This document shows positions 28,469 to 37,639 of a stretch of 64,000 bases of DNA, one piece after another. Origin of the DNA: an uncultured Christensenella sp. (GTDB lineage Bacteria > Bacillota > Clostridia > Christensenellales > UBA3700); NCBI GenBank assembly GCA_910578245.1, contig CAJTPC010000001.1, forward strand, positions 27,603 to 91,602, in the 5' to 3' direction. Below the pieces are notes generated by a model. The model was given only the letters and a program-made list of their open reading frames with translations, was not told the origin of the DNA and searched no databases. Each line of letters begins with the position of its first letter. The first letter of the stretch is position 1. A program made the translations under genes and the position numbers.

Positions 28469-29560
28469 ATGATAAAAACTGAAATAGCAAAGAAATTCCA
28501 AATAAACGGAGATATAGAAAGTATCGTTCCTTACGGAGAAGGACATATCAACGATACTTTTCTTGTGACTCTCAAAGACTCCCCTACGCAGTATATATTG
28601 CAAAAACTTAATACTAAAATTTTCAACAATTATATAGGCCTAATGGGAAATATGCAGAAAGTCACGGCAGTAATGCAAGATATTATACGCTCTCAGGGCG
28701 GTGACACGGATAGAGAGTGTATGAAACTTATTCCTACACTAGACAATAAAGCTTACTATGCTATAGGCAATGAATGCTGGAGAATGTCGCTCTTTGTCAA
28801 AGACACAGAGGTCTATCAAGTTATCAACTCCCCTACGGTATTTGAAAACGCCGGCGAAGCCTTTGGAAAATTTATTGCAAGACTTGACGGCTTTGACGCA
28901 GGCTGTCTTTGCGAAGTTATTCCCAACTTCCACAATAGCGTGGATAGATATAACAAGTTTTTGACGGCTGTCGAGCAAAACAAAAGCAACAGAGCTCACC
29001 TTGTAAAAGACGAAATTGACTTCGTCAAAAAAAGAGCAGATAAACTATCGCTTATTGTAGACGCTCTTGCCAATGGACAAATACCTCTGCGCGTTACACA
29101 CAACGACACAAAGATAAACAACGTGCTGATAGACAAAAATACGGGCAAAGCAATCTGTATAATTGACCTGGATACGATTATGCCGGGATCGCTTTTATAC
29201 GATTTCGGCGACTCGATAAGATCGGGATGCAATACAGCCCTTGAAGATGAAAAGAATCTCGACCTCGTAGACTTCGATATCAATCTTTATGAAGCGTATT
29301 GCAAGGGCTTTTTGAGAGGCATAGGTGATAAAATTACCGACAAAGAACTTGAAATGCTACATATCGGCGCTATTATAATTACACTGGAATGCGGAATAAG
29401 ATTTTTGACAGACTATCTTGACGGCGACGTATACTTCAAGACGGACTATGCCGACCACAATCTCGTGAGATGCCATACGCAGTTCAAACTTGTTGAGAAA
29501 ATGGAAAGTCAAAGCCAAGCAATGCTCAACATTGCAAAAAAATGTAAAAATAATATATAA
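28469..29560 (+). CDS. nahK: N-acetylhexosamine 1-kinase (NahK/LnpB type, APH fold)
   Basis: IPLRVTHNDTKINNVLID...IIDLDTIMPGSLLYDFGDSIR...TALEDEKNLD...ECGIRFLTDYLDGDVYFK closely follows the Bifidobacterium NahK sequence as I recall it. Confidence 0.8.
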   Translation: MIKTEIAKKFQINGDIESIVPYGEGHINDTFLVTLKDSPTQYILQKLNTKIFNNYIGLMGNMQKVTAVMQDIIRSQGGDTDRECMKLIPTLDNKAYYAIGNECWRMSLFVKDTEVYQVINSPTVFENAGEAFGKFIARLDGFDAGCLCEVIPNFHNSVDRYNKFLTAVEQNKSNRAHLVKDEIDFVKKRADKLSLIVDALANGQIPLRVTHNDTKINNVLIDKNTGKAICIIDLDTIMPGSLLYDFGDSIRSGCNTALEDEKNLDLVDFDINLYEAYCKGFLRGIGDKITDKELEMLHIGAIIITLECGIRFLTDYLDGDVYFKTDYADHNLVRCHTQFKLVEKMESQSQAMLNIAKKCKNNI

Positions 29561-29577
29561 TATTAATAGGAGATAAT

Positions 29578-30591
29578 ATGAGTATTTTAGTTAGCGGAGG
29601 CGCCGGATATATAGGTAGCCATACAGTTATCGAATTGATTGAAAACGGTTTTGAACCAATAATTGTAGATAATCTTTGCAACAGCAAAAAGATTGCAATC
29701 GAGAGATTGGAGAAAATCACCAACAGGAAAATCAAGTTCTATCAATACGATTTGTGCGATATTGAAAAACTACGAGAGGTATTCAAGGCAGAAAAAATAC
29801 AAGCATGTATTCACTTTGCCGGTCTTAAAGCAGTGGGAGAATCATGCCATAAACCGCTTGAGTATTATCAAAACAATCTCATAAGTACTCTTAATCTCGT
29901 TCAAGTAATGAGAGAGGCAGGTTGCAAAAACCTAGTATTCTCCTCATCTGCCACCGTGTACGGTCAACCAAAGAGCGTGCCTATATCGGAGGACTTCCCT
30001 CTTTCTACGACCAATCCTTACGGAACTACAAAGTTATATATAGAAGGTATACTCAAAGATATTTATAAAGCCGACAATTCTTTTAATATTGCCTTGCTTA
30101 GATATTTCAATCCTATCGGGGCGCATAAGAGCGGACTTATAGGCGAAGACCCCAACGGTATCCCCAACAATCTTATGCCCTATATTACGCAAGTGGCTAT
30201 CGGCAAGTTGCAAAAACTCAGCGTTTTCGGCGATGACTACCCCACGCACGACGGTACCGGCGTGAGAGATTATATCCACGTACTCGATTTGGCCCGCGGT
30301 CATATATTGGCGCTTAAAAAACTAATGAGCGGAAGCGGACTTGTAATATATAATCTCGGCACCGGCAAGGGATATAGCGTACTCGATATGGTAAAGGCCT
30401 TTGAAAAAGCCAGCGGTAGAACAGTGCCTTACGTTATTGCGCCCAGAAGATCCGGAGATATTGCCGAGTGCTACGCGTCTACTGCGCTTGCTAAGAAAGA
30501 ATTGGGCTTTGAGTGCAAGTATGACTTGAATGACATGTGCGAAGACAGTTGGAGATGGCAAAGCCAAAATCCCAACGGATACGGAGAATAG
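29578..30591 (+). CDS. galE: UDP-glucose/UDP-GlcNAc 4-epimerase
   Basis: ILVSGGAGYIGSH, SSSATVYG, YGTTK catalytic YxxxK. 337 aa. Confidence 0.9.
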   Translation: MSILVSGGAGYIGSHTVIELIENGFEPIIVDNLCNSKKIAIERLEKITNRKIKFYQYDLCDIEKLREVFKAEKIQACIHFAGLKAVGESCHKPLEYYQNNLISTLNLVQVMREAGCKNLVFSSSATVYGQPKSVPISEDFPLSTTNPYGTTKLYIEGILKDIYKADNSFNIALLRYFNPIGAHKSGLIGEDPNGIPNNLMPYITQVAIGKLQKLSVFGDDYPTHDGTGVRDYIHVLDLARGHILALKKLMSGSGLVIYNLGTGKGYSVLDMVKAFEKASGRTVPYVIAPRRSGDIAECYASTALAKKELGFECKYDLNDMCEDSWRWQSQNPNGYGE

Positions 30592-30593
30592 AA

Positions 30594-32576
30594 ATGGCGC
30601 GTCCTAAACTAAAGACAAAATCTTTTTCCATTCGTACCCTTAGAGAATGGGGTATATTGGCAATCGACCTTCTAACCGTTACCATATGCTATTTGGGAGC
30701 GGTAGTTCTTTCGCAAGCCGGAGTGCTTTCAAAAAATTATTTTCCTACAAACGTACCGCTTTTGCAGATATTGAGAAGCGCTTTTATTTGTCTGCCAATG
30801 GTACTTATTATTTTCTTCCTGTCATTTTTGGTATTCAGAGTATTCAAAGTCGTATGGCGATATGCAAGAGGAAGAGATTATCTGCGTATAGTCGGCGCTT
30901 GCGTCGTAGGCACTATACTCTTTGCGCTTTTGGACCAAATAGCCAATCTTATCAAAATCGACTCCCCTAACGGCAACAAGCAAATCATTTATCCCGCGTA
31001 TTTTATGTTGGGCTTTTTCTCAACTGCCACTATAGTCATATTCAGAATGATTTACGAGTTTATATACGCAAGACAGAGGGACAAGCTCGAAACCGTAAAA
31101 CGTAAGCGTACTATGATTATCGGAGCAGGATATACTGCAAGCGCGATACTCGAAGAGATTTCAAGAGGCGACAGTATATACGATCCTATTTGTATGATTG
31201 ACGATGACCCCGATAAAATCGGTAGAATTATCAACGATATAGAGGTCGTAGACAATACGAAGAATATTAACGTAATAGTTCAGAAATACGCTATAGACGT
31301 CATTATATTTGCTATCCCCTCTTTGGGCGGCGAAGCGCGTCAACGTATTCTTATAGATTGTAACGCTACTAAATGTCAAGTCAAAGTTTTGCCGTATATG
31401 AGCGAAATGATTGAGAATGTCAATATTACCAAGCAAATGCGCGATATCAATATCGCAGACCTGCTAGGCCGTCAACAGATTACCTTTGACAACGTCGGAG
31501 TTGCAAGTTATATCTACGACAAAGTCGTAATGGTAACGGGCGGTGGCGGTTCTATAGGCTCGGAGCTTTGCCGTCAAATAGCAAAATATAAGCCAAGACG
31601 TATAGTAATAGTAGATGTATATGAGAATTGCGCTTATAATATCCAACAGGAAATGCTTCGCAACTACGGTAAAGATTACGACTTGCACGTGGAAATCGTA
31701 TCTATCACCGATTACGACAAAATGGACGAGTTGTTTACCGAATTCCGTCCGCAGATTATCTTCCACGCGGCGGCGCACAAGCACGTGCCATTGATGGAAA
31801 CAGTACCCGAAGAAGCTGTCAAAAATAATATCTTCGGAACTTATAACGTGGCTCTGCTCGCAGATAAACACAAAGTTCAGAAGTTTATAATGATATCTAC
31901 CGACAAGGCCGTAAATCCAACCAACGTTATGGGCGCGACAAAGCGTTGTTGCGAAGAGATTGTGCAAATGATGGCGCAAAAAGGCTCTGAGACGGAATTC
32001 GCCGCAGTGAGATTCGGCAACGTTCTCGGAAGCAACGGCTCGGTTATTCCTCTCTTCAAAGAGCAGATAGAAAAAGGCGGTCCCGTTACGGTAACCCACC
32101 CTGATATTATAAGATACTTTATGACGATTCCTGAGGCTGTCAGCCTAGTGCTCCAAGCCGGTACTTTTGCCCATGGCGGTGAGATATTCGTACTTGATAT
32201 GGGTAAGCAGGTCAAGATCGTTTCGTTGGCGGAAAACTTGATTAAACTAATGGGATATAAGCCGTATACCGATATAGATATAGTATTTACAGGTCTTCGC
32301 CCAGGCGAAAAACTGTATGAAGAACTGCTAATGGACGAAGAGGGACTTAAAAAGACGGATAATGAAAAGATATTCATTGGTCATCAAGTGCAAATTGATA
32401 TTCCAAACTTTACTGCAGAGCTTGAAAAGATGCGCAAGATATGCTTCACCAACGACAAGTATGCCGTCATAGAACAACTCAAAGTACTTGTGCCTACTTT
32501 CCGCCATGATGCGGCTTATCTTGAAAAAATCACAGAGCAAGCAAAACAATATCAAGCAGAAGTTCAGTCTGACTAA
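30594..32576 (+). CDS. membrane-anchored CapD/PglF-type UDP-HexNAc 4,6-dehydratase
   Basis: N-terminal TM segments, then VMVTGGGGSIGSEL, HAAAHKHVP, ISTDKAVNPTNVMGATKR. ATG at 30594 lies 2 nt after the galE stop. The track start at 30537 would overlap galE. Confidence 0.85.
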   Translation: MARPKLKTKSFSIRTLREWGILAIDLLTVTICYLGAVVLSQAGVLSKNYFPTNVPLLQILRSAFICLPMVLIIFFLSFLVFRVFKVVWRYARGRDYLRIVGACVVGTILFALLDQIANLIKIDSPNGNKQIIYPAYFMLGFFSTATIVIFRMIYEFIYARQRDKLETVKRKRTMIIGAGYTASAILEEISRGDSIYDPICMIDDDPDKIGRIINDIEVVDNTKNINVIVQKYAIDVIIFAIPSLGGEARQRILIDCNATKCQVKVLPYMSEMIENVNITKQMRDINIADLLGRQQITFDNVGVASYIYDKVVMVTGGGGSIGSELCRQIAKYKPRRIVIVDVYENCAYNIQQEMLRNYGKDYDLHVEIVSITDYDKMDELFTEFRPQIIFHAAAHKHVPLMETVPEEAVKNNIFGTYNVALLADKHKVQKFIMISTDKAVNPTNVMGATKRCCEEIVQMMAQKGSETEFAAVRFGNVLGSNGSVIPLFKEQIEKGGPVTVTHPDIIRYFMTIPEAVSLVLQAGTFAHGGEIFVLDMGKQVKIVSLAENLIKLMGYKPYTDIDIVFTGLRPGEKLYEELLMDEEGLKKTDNEKIFIGHQVQIDIPNFTAELEKMRKICFTNDKYAVIEQLKVLVPTFRHDAAYLEKITEQAKQYQAEVQSD

Positions 32577-32600
32577 ATGAATTAGGTCAAATAATATTAT

Positions 32601-32635
32601 AAAAGAGTGTATGTTTCGTACACTCTTTTTGTTTT
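32601..32635 (+). terminator. intrinsic terminator after capD
   Basis: AAAGAGTGTA-7 nt-TACACTCTTT followed by a TTGTTTT run. Confidence 0.75.
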
Positions 32636-32888
32636 GACATTCTTAAATCATCTAATTTATACGCTTCTGAATTGACGATTGCTTTCGCCTTACGCTTGTC
32701 GGAAATCGAATATCGACCTACCTTTGATAACCTCAAGGTTGCCGTATATTCCGCTGACCTTGTCAAAGAATATTGTCAAATGAAATTTTATAATTGGCGA
32801 AAAACAAAACTTAACGGCTATTGAAAAACTCTCAATCTATGATATAATATATTTAATAGCTTTTACGCTAACGTGATAAGAGGTAATT

Positions 32889-34619
32889 ATGGCTAACAAC
32901 TTGAAGACTCCTTGGTCGAATAAAATTGATACGACTGCGTATCCGCGCCCGCAGATGCAACGTCAAAGTTATCACTCGCTTGACGGCGATTGGCAATATA
33001 AGATAAGAAAAGGCAATTTGGATTCTGCTGTAGACGGCGACTTTGACGGAATAATTAAAGTTCCTTTTGCGCCCGAAAGTATGCTTTCCGGCGTAGATAA
33101 ATCTCGCTTGACAGACGGCTTTCTCCAGCCTGACGAAGTTCTCATCTACCGCCTTGAATTTGCAAGACATGAAAAAGAAGGATTGGCAATACTACACTTC
33201 GGCGCAGTGGATTATGAGTGCAAGGTATTTCTCAACGGGCATCTCGTAGGCGCTCATATAGGCGGATATACGGCATTTGAAATAGATATAAGCGAGTGTA
33301 TGCAAGAGCGCAACGTACTTGACGTTCTGGTAGTAGACCCATCTGACAGTATGCCTATAAGCCGAGGCAAACAAAAAATAAAGCACGGCGGAATATGGTA
33401 TACTCCTACATCGGGAATTTGGCAGAGCGTATGGATAGAATACGTTCCGCAGATATATATCAAATCGCTTAAAATCACCCCAGACCTTGATAACTCCTTA
33501 GTAAATATCAAAGTTAACGCCAACGTCCCTAGTGAAGCAAAGATAATTTTGCAAGGAAAAACTTACGCTACGCAAAACGGCGAAGCAGACGTACCTATAG
33601 AAAATCCGCGCGAGTGGTCACCCAACGACCCGTACCTATATTATTTTGACGTTGTATGCGAAAATGATAAAGTAACAAGTTATTTCGCAATGCGTAAGTT
33701 CTCCATTGGCAAACGCGCAGACGGCAAGCCGTGTTTTATGCTCAATAATAAGCCTTGTTTTATGACGGGCATGCTCGACCAAGGATATTGGTCGGACGGG
33801 CTTTATACCGCGCCTAGCGATGAGGCTTTGATATATGATATTCAACTTGCCAAAGACTGCGGTTTTAATACGCTCCGTAAACATATAAAAATTGAGCCTA
33901 TGAGGTGGTATTATCACTGCGACAGATTGGGTATGATAGTATGGCAAGACTTCGTCAACGGCGGAGGCGATTACAACAAGTTGGCGATTCTCCTTCTGCC
34001 AAATATCGGTATAAATATCAAAGACGACAATTACGGCTTTTACGCCCGCAAGGATAAAGTCGGCAAAGAACTGTATTATAAGGAAATGGACGAGATAGTC
34101 AAACAACTTTATAATTGCCCCAGTATTGCCCTATGGACGCCCTTTAACGAAGGCTGGGGACAATTCGACGCGCTAGAAGTATGCGAATATCTAAAGAAAC
34201 TCGACAGCTCAAGACTTATTGACCACGCAAGCGGTTGGAGCGACCAAGGCGGAGATATCCGTAGTATACACAAGTATTTTGTGAAATTCAAAATGCCGCG
34301 CAGAGAAAATCGCCCCGTTGTATTGAGCGAATACGGCGGATACGCATTAAAAGTCGAGGGACATACCTTTGTTGACAAAGCATTCGGATACGCAATGTAT
34401 AAAGACCGAAAATCGCTTGATAAAGCTATTTGCAAACTTTGGAAAAACCAAATCCTTCCTGCAAAAGAACAGGGATTGTGCGCAACGATTTATACGCAGG
34501 TAAGCGACGTGCAGAGCGAAGTCAACGGCATAGTTACTTACGACCGTCAAGTAGTCAAAGTTGACGTAGTTGCGCTTAAAGCGCTTAACGACGAATTAGT
34601 AACTAAGTTTTGCAAATAA
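32889..34619 (+). CDS. glycoside hydrolase family 2 (beta-galactosidase/glucuronidase-like, specificity unknown)
   Basis: WTPFNEGWG (acid/base NE) and LSEYGG (nucleophile E), N-terminal sugar-binding domain pattern. 576 aa. Confidence 0.8.
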   Translation: MANNLKTPWSNKIDTTAYPRPQMQRQSYHSLDGDWQYKIRKGNLDSAVDGDFDGIIKVPFAPESMLSGVDKSRLTDGFLQPDEVLIYRLEFARHEKEGLAILHFGAVDYECKVFLNGHLVGAHIGGYTAFEIDISECMQERNVLDVLVVDPSDSMPISRGKQKIKHGGIWYTPTSGIWQSVWIEYVPQIYIKSLKITPDLDNSLVNIKVNANVPSEAKIILQGKTYATQNGEADVPIENPREWSPNDPYLYYFDVVCENDKVTSYFAMRKFSIGKRADGKPCFMLNNKPCFMTGMLDQGYWSDGLYTAPSDEALIYDIQLAKDCGFNTLRKHIKIEPMRWYYHCDRLGMIVWQDFVNGGGDYNKLAILLLPNIGINIKDDNYGFYARKDKVGKELYYKEMDEIVKQLYNCPSIALWTPFNEGWGQFDALEVCEYLKKLDSSRLIDHASGWSDQGGDIRSIHKYFVKFKMPRRENRPVVLSEYGGYALKVEGHTFVDKAFGYAMYKDRKSLDKAICKLWKNQILPAKEQGLCATIYTQVSDVQSEVNGIVTYDRQVVKVDVVALKALNDELVTKFCK

Positions 34620-34649
34620 ATAATCAATAAATTTACTGATTTAGGTAAA

Positions 34650-35339
34650 TTAGTAACTATTCTTTTCTTCGGCAAACTTTATCTTGCCCTTTACGACCTT
34701 GCCGACGGCAAAAGTAAGAGGCATATAAAATGCCGACATTCTTCCCCACTTGATACTCTCTATCTTGCCGTAAGAATTGATACATACCCCGCTGTCTGTA
34801 AACTTGCAAAGCACGTATCTTCCGGTCGCGCGCGCAAGAGTTCTTGCGCAAGAAATTCTCTCAACGTCAGAGCAAGAAGAGTTCAGACAAAAGATATATC
34901 TACACCCTTTTAACGCGCCTTGCCAAAGTTGTGGATAACAAATGTCGCTGTCCACGAATACGCATACTTTGCCCCTTGAAGTCATATAAGAGCGCACGGT
35001 AGACGAGCCTAAATAACCCTTCGGCGGATTAATCTCATCGCTCACTCCCATGATATGACCGTTGTCAATGACGCCTACGCTATTGAAAATCTTCTCGCCT
35101 ATCTTTGCGCGCATAGCAACGACAATAATGACGCCTTTGTCTTTACTGTACTCTACTATACCCCTTAAGATACTCGTCCTACCGCCCAGTTCGGCAGGCA
35201 TATCCACAAGTCCTACAACTTCTCTGGTGAAAAGTAAAATATCATTGGGAGAAATCATCGCGCCGTATTCTTCAACTACTCTATCAAATTCAATGTCGGA
35301 AAAACAAAAAATCATACTGCATTTTATGACAACGCGCAA
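34650..35339 (-). CDS. hypothetical protein, possibly with a carbon-nitrogen-hydrolase-like fold
   Basis: 229-aa ORF. Only weak resemblance (CVFVDSDICYPQLWQ against the nitrilase-superfamily ICYD..FPE cysteine motif). Confidence 0.4.
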   Translation of the reverse strand: MRVVIKCSMIFCFSDIEFDRVVEEYGAMISPNDILLFTREVVGLVDMPAELGGRTSILRGIVEYSKDKGVIIVVAMRAKIGEKIFNSVGVIDNGHIMGVSDEINPPKGYLGSSTVRSYMTSRGKVCVFVDSDICYPQLWQGALKGCRYIFCLNSSCSDVERISCARTLARATGRYVLCKFTDSGVCINSYGKIESIKWGRMSAFYMPLTFAVGKVVKGKIKFAEEKNSY

Positions 35340-35414
35340 TAAATGGTGAACATTAAAACTATTCTTAATTAAATCTTATACGAGATGTGAAATCGCCTTT
35401 GCAAAATGCAATAA

Positions 35415-35720
35415 TTATTTCATGGATTTTAATATAACTATTAATGCGGCCTTTTGTTCTTTTGTAAGCGTCGATATTTTACGCTGAATCTCCAAATCAA
35501 TATCGCTTTTATCCGTCATGCCCTCATCTGCAAAAAATTCCGCTAGCGTTATGCCAAACGCATTGCAAATCGCGCGCAAAGTAGAAATCTTCGGCTCTGC
35601 ATTTCTCATATATAAGTTGTTTAGCGTAGACTGCGTAAGCATAGCTTCCATAGCTAGGTAATTTATAGACCATCCGCGCTCTATTCTTAATTTGTCAATT
35701 TTTTCAAGAACTGTCATCAC
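35415..35720 (-). CDS. XRE-family HTH transcriptional regulator
   Basis: LRIERGWSINYLAMEAMLTQSTLNNLYMRNAEPKISTLRAICNAFGITLAEFF is a classic HTH_3 pattern. Confidence 0.85.
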   Translation of the reverse strand: MMTVLEKIDKLRIERGWSINYLAMEAMLTQSTLNNLYMRNAEPKISTLRAICNAFGITLAEFFADEGMTDKSDIDLEIQRKISTLTKEQKAALIVILKSMK

Positions 35721-35786
35721 TAATTAATCCTTTCCCTTTCTAACTCATTTTAACACTAAAAAGAGTTAATTAATAATTCAATATAG

Positions 35787-35815
35787 TTGACCGCTTAACT
35801 CATTTGTGTTAGAAT
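35787..35815 (+). promoter_or_regulatory. sigma-A-type promoter with an embedded repeat (candidate XRE operator)
   Basis: TTGACC-17 nt-TAGAAT. The 10-mer TAACTCATTT occurs in the spacer (35796-35805) and again at 35741-35750, with the inverted half-site GAGTTA at 35763-35768. Confidence 0.5.
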
Positions 35816-35857
35816 AATGATAAGAAATAAATTCCTACTTTGGAAAAGGAGAACAAA

Positions 35858-36181
35858 ATGCTACAATACAAGACAGTTTATATGCCCGGCACTACTACTA
35901 AAATCAAAAAAAGTGAATGGGACGCAGGATTTTCCAGCGCGCTTTTAGATTCAAGCGTAACTCCCTTCGGACAAAAAATCAGCGATGAGGCAAAGGGCGG
36001 ATGGACGCTTCATTCAGTCGTTGCTCTTCCCGTCAACATCACTCGCAAAAAGACTATTATCGAAATGATTTTCGGGTGGATACCTTTGCTTGGTAGTTGG
36101 ATATGTCCGCGCCTAAACGAGTGCTATTTGGGAAAAAGCATGGAAGTTATATCGCTTGTTTTTGTAAAAGAGGTGGCATAA
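35858..36181 (+). CDS. hypothetical small protein (DUF4177-like?)
   Basis: ATG at 35858 is preceded by AAGGAG. MLQYKTVYMPG...GGWTLHSVV resembles DUF4177-type proteins. Weak call. Confidence 0.5.
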   Translation: MLQYKTVYMPGTTTKIKKSEWDAGFSSALLDSSVTPFGQKISDEAKGGWTLHSVVALPVNITRKKTIIEMIFGWIPLLGSWICPRLNECYLGKSMEVISLVFVKEVA

Positions 36182-36182
36182 A

Positions 36183-36611
36183 ATGGCTACGCTCTGTAGA
36201 TTTTGCGCTAAACTTAATATAAGTGACAGATGCGCATTTTGCGGAAACAGGCTTATCGGTACGCAATCGTCAATGACCAATTTGCTGACCTATGATACTG
36301 AGTTGAGTTCTGAAAACGAATTGCCTAAAGAAGAGAACGATATTGTTGCCACCGTACAATCCTCTCCTATTCAAATTGAACAAAAAAAGTCTAATGCTTT
36401 AGCTATTATAGGATTTGTGTTTTCTTTTTTTGGCGCATATTCTATTTTTGGACTAATACTCAGTATAGTAGGTCTAATTAAGTCCAAAAATCTAGACGGC
36501 AAGGGAAAAGGCTTTTCAATAGCGGGAATAGTGATATCTTTGCTTATGATTGTAACTTGTTTAGCGGTATTATTAACGGTGTTCGTTATTTTACCTGCCC
36601 TAGAGTCTTAG
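36183..36611 (+). CDS. zinc-ribbon protein with a C-terminal DUF4190-like two-TM domain
   Basis: CRFC...CAFCG ribbon, linker, then ALAIIGFVFSFFG...GLIKSKN...GFSIAGIVISLLMI. Confidence 0.6.
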   Translation: MATLCRFCAKLNISDRCAFCGNRLIGTQSSMTNLLTYDTELSSENELPKEENDIVATVQSSPIQIEQKKSNALAIIGFVFSFFGAYSIFGLILSIVGLIKSKNLDGKGKGFSIAGIVISLLMIVTCLAVLLTVFVILPALES

Positions 36612-36654
36612 CAAATCTTTAACGATATATAAATTTTGAAATGTATAACGTAAC

Positions 36655-36687
36655 AAAAACTCTTGGATGTATTCTCCAAGAGTTTTT
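36655..36687. terminator. bidirectional intrinsic terminator between convergent genes
   Basis: AAAAACTCTTGGA-7 nt-TCCAAGAGTTTTT. Confidence 0.8.
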
Positions 36688-36695
36688 ATATATTT

Positions 36696-37601
36696 TTAAT
36701 CCAATCGATACGGCGTAACTTGGTATACGTAATAGTTGAGCCAGTTGTTGAAAAGTAGGTATGCTGTACTGCGCCAAGAAAGATTGATATTATAAAGACC
36801 GTCGTCCTCAAAATAGTTGACGGGTCTTTGAATATCCAAGCCTTTATCAACGTCGCGCAGGTATTCTTTCTTTAACGTCGTGCGGTCGTATTCGCTGTGT
36901 CCCAAAAAGAAAAATCTCTTATTGTCAACACTCTTGATTACGGCAATACCGCATTCTTTACCGCTTACAAGCGCCTTGAGGTCAGGAATACTTCTCAACT
37001 TATCCTCGTCTATATCTGTATGACGCGACATAGGAATATACATCTTGTCATTCATACCTTTTAGCAAAGCGTCGTATTTATCTTCCGCATTGACTTCGTA
37101 TATGCCGAACAACTTGTTGGCGCGACGGTGTTTATTTATTCCGTAGTGATAGTAAAGCCCCGCTTGCGCTCCCCAACATATATGTATGGTAGACGTGACA
37201 TTGGTATCCGACCACGCCATAATCTCGCTCAGTTCTTTCCAATACGCCACTTCTTCAAAGCCCATATGCTCAACGGGCGCGCCCGTGATTATCATACCGT
37301 CAAAATGCCTGTCTTTTATCTCGTCAAAGACCTTATAGAACTTTTGCATATGGCTTTGAGGAGTATTCTTTGAAGTATAAGTATCCATATTGACAAGCGT
37401 AACGTTGATTTGCAACGACGAATTGCCAAGCAGTCGCATAAGTTGCGTTTCCGTATCGATTTTGGTAGGCATGAGATTGACAATCGCAATCTCTATGGGT
37501 CTTATATCTTGGCTTACCGCCCTCTCATTTGGCATAACAAAGATTTTCTCTTTGGTAAGCACATCGAAAGCCGGTAAGTCCTTTGGTATTACTATTGGCA
37601 T
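36696..37601 (-). CDS. metA: homoserine O-acyltransferase (MetA family)
   Basis: MPIVIPKDLPAFDVL..E.IFVM...A..QDIRP..I.I.NLMP is the canonical MetA N-terminus. 301 aa. Confidence 0.9.
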   Translation of the reverse strand: MPIVIPKDLPAFDVLTKEKIFVMPNERAVSQDIRPIEIAIVNLMPTKIDTETQLMRLLGNSSLQINVTLVNMDTYTSKNTPQSHMQKFYKVFDEIKDRHFDGMIITGAPVEHMGFEEVAYWKELSEIMAWSDTNVTSTIHICWGAQAGLYYHYGINKHRRANKLFGIYEVNAEDKYDALLKGMNDKMYIPMSRHTDIDEDKLRSIPDLKALVSGKECGIAVIKSVDNKRFFFLGHSEYDRTTLKKEYLRDVDKGLDIQRPVNYFEDDGLYNINLSWRSTAYLLFNNWLNYYVYQVTPYRLD

Positions 37602-37639
37602 ACTAACTCCTTTTGCAATCTACTTGCAAAACTTTATCT

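Noticed and set aside
30537-30593. Longer N-terminal extension of the CapD-like ORF (track start 30537)
   Set aside because: It would overlap the galE 3' end by 55 nt and adds a basic non-conserved peptide. The ATG at 30594, directly after the galE stop, gives a typical CapD N-terminus leading into the TM segments.
32650-32800. Minus-strand open frame ending ...FFDKVSGIYGNLEVIKGRSIFDFRQA*, which looks like the C-terminus of a decayed gene
   Set aside because: The frame is only ~48 codons between stops, has no ATG/GTG start with an RBS and no recognisable family. That is insufficient to call a pseudogene.
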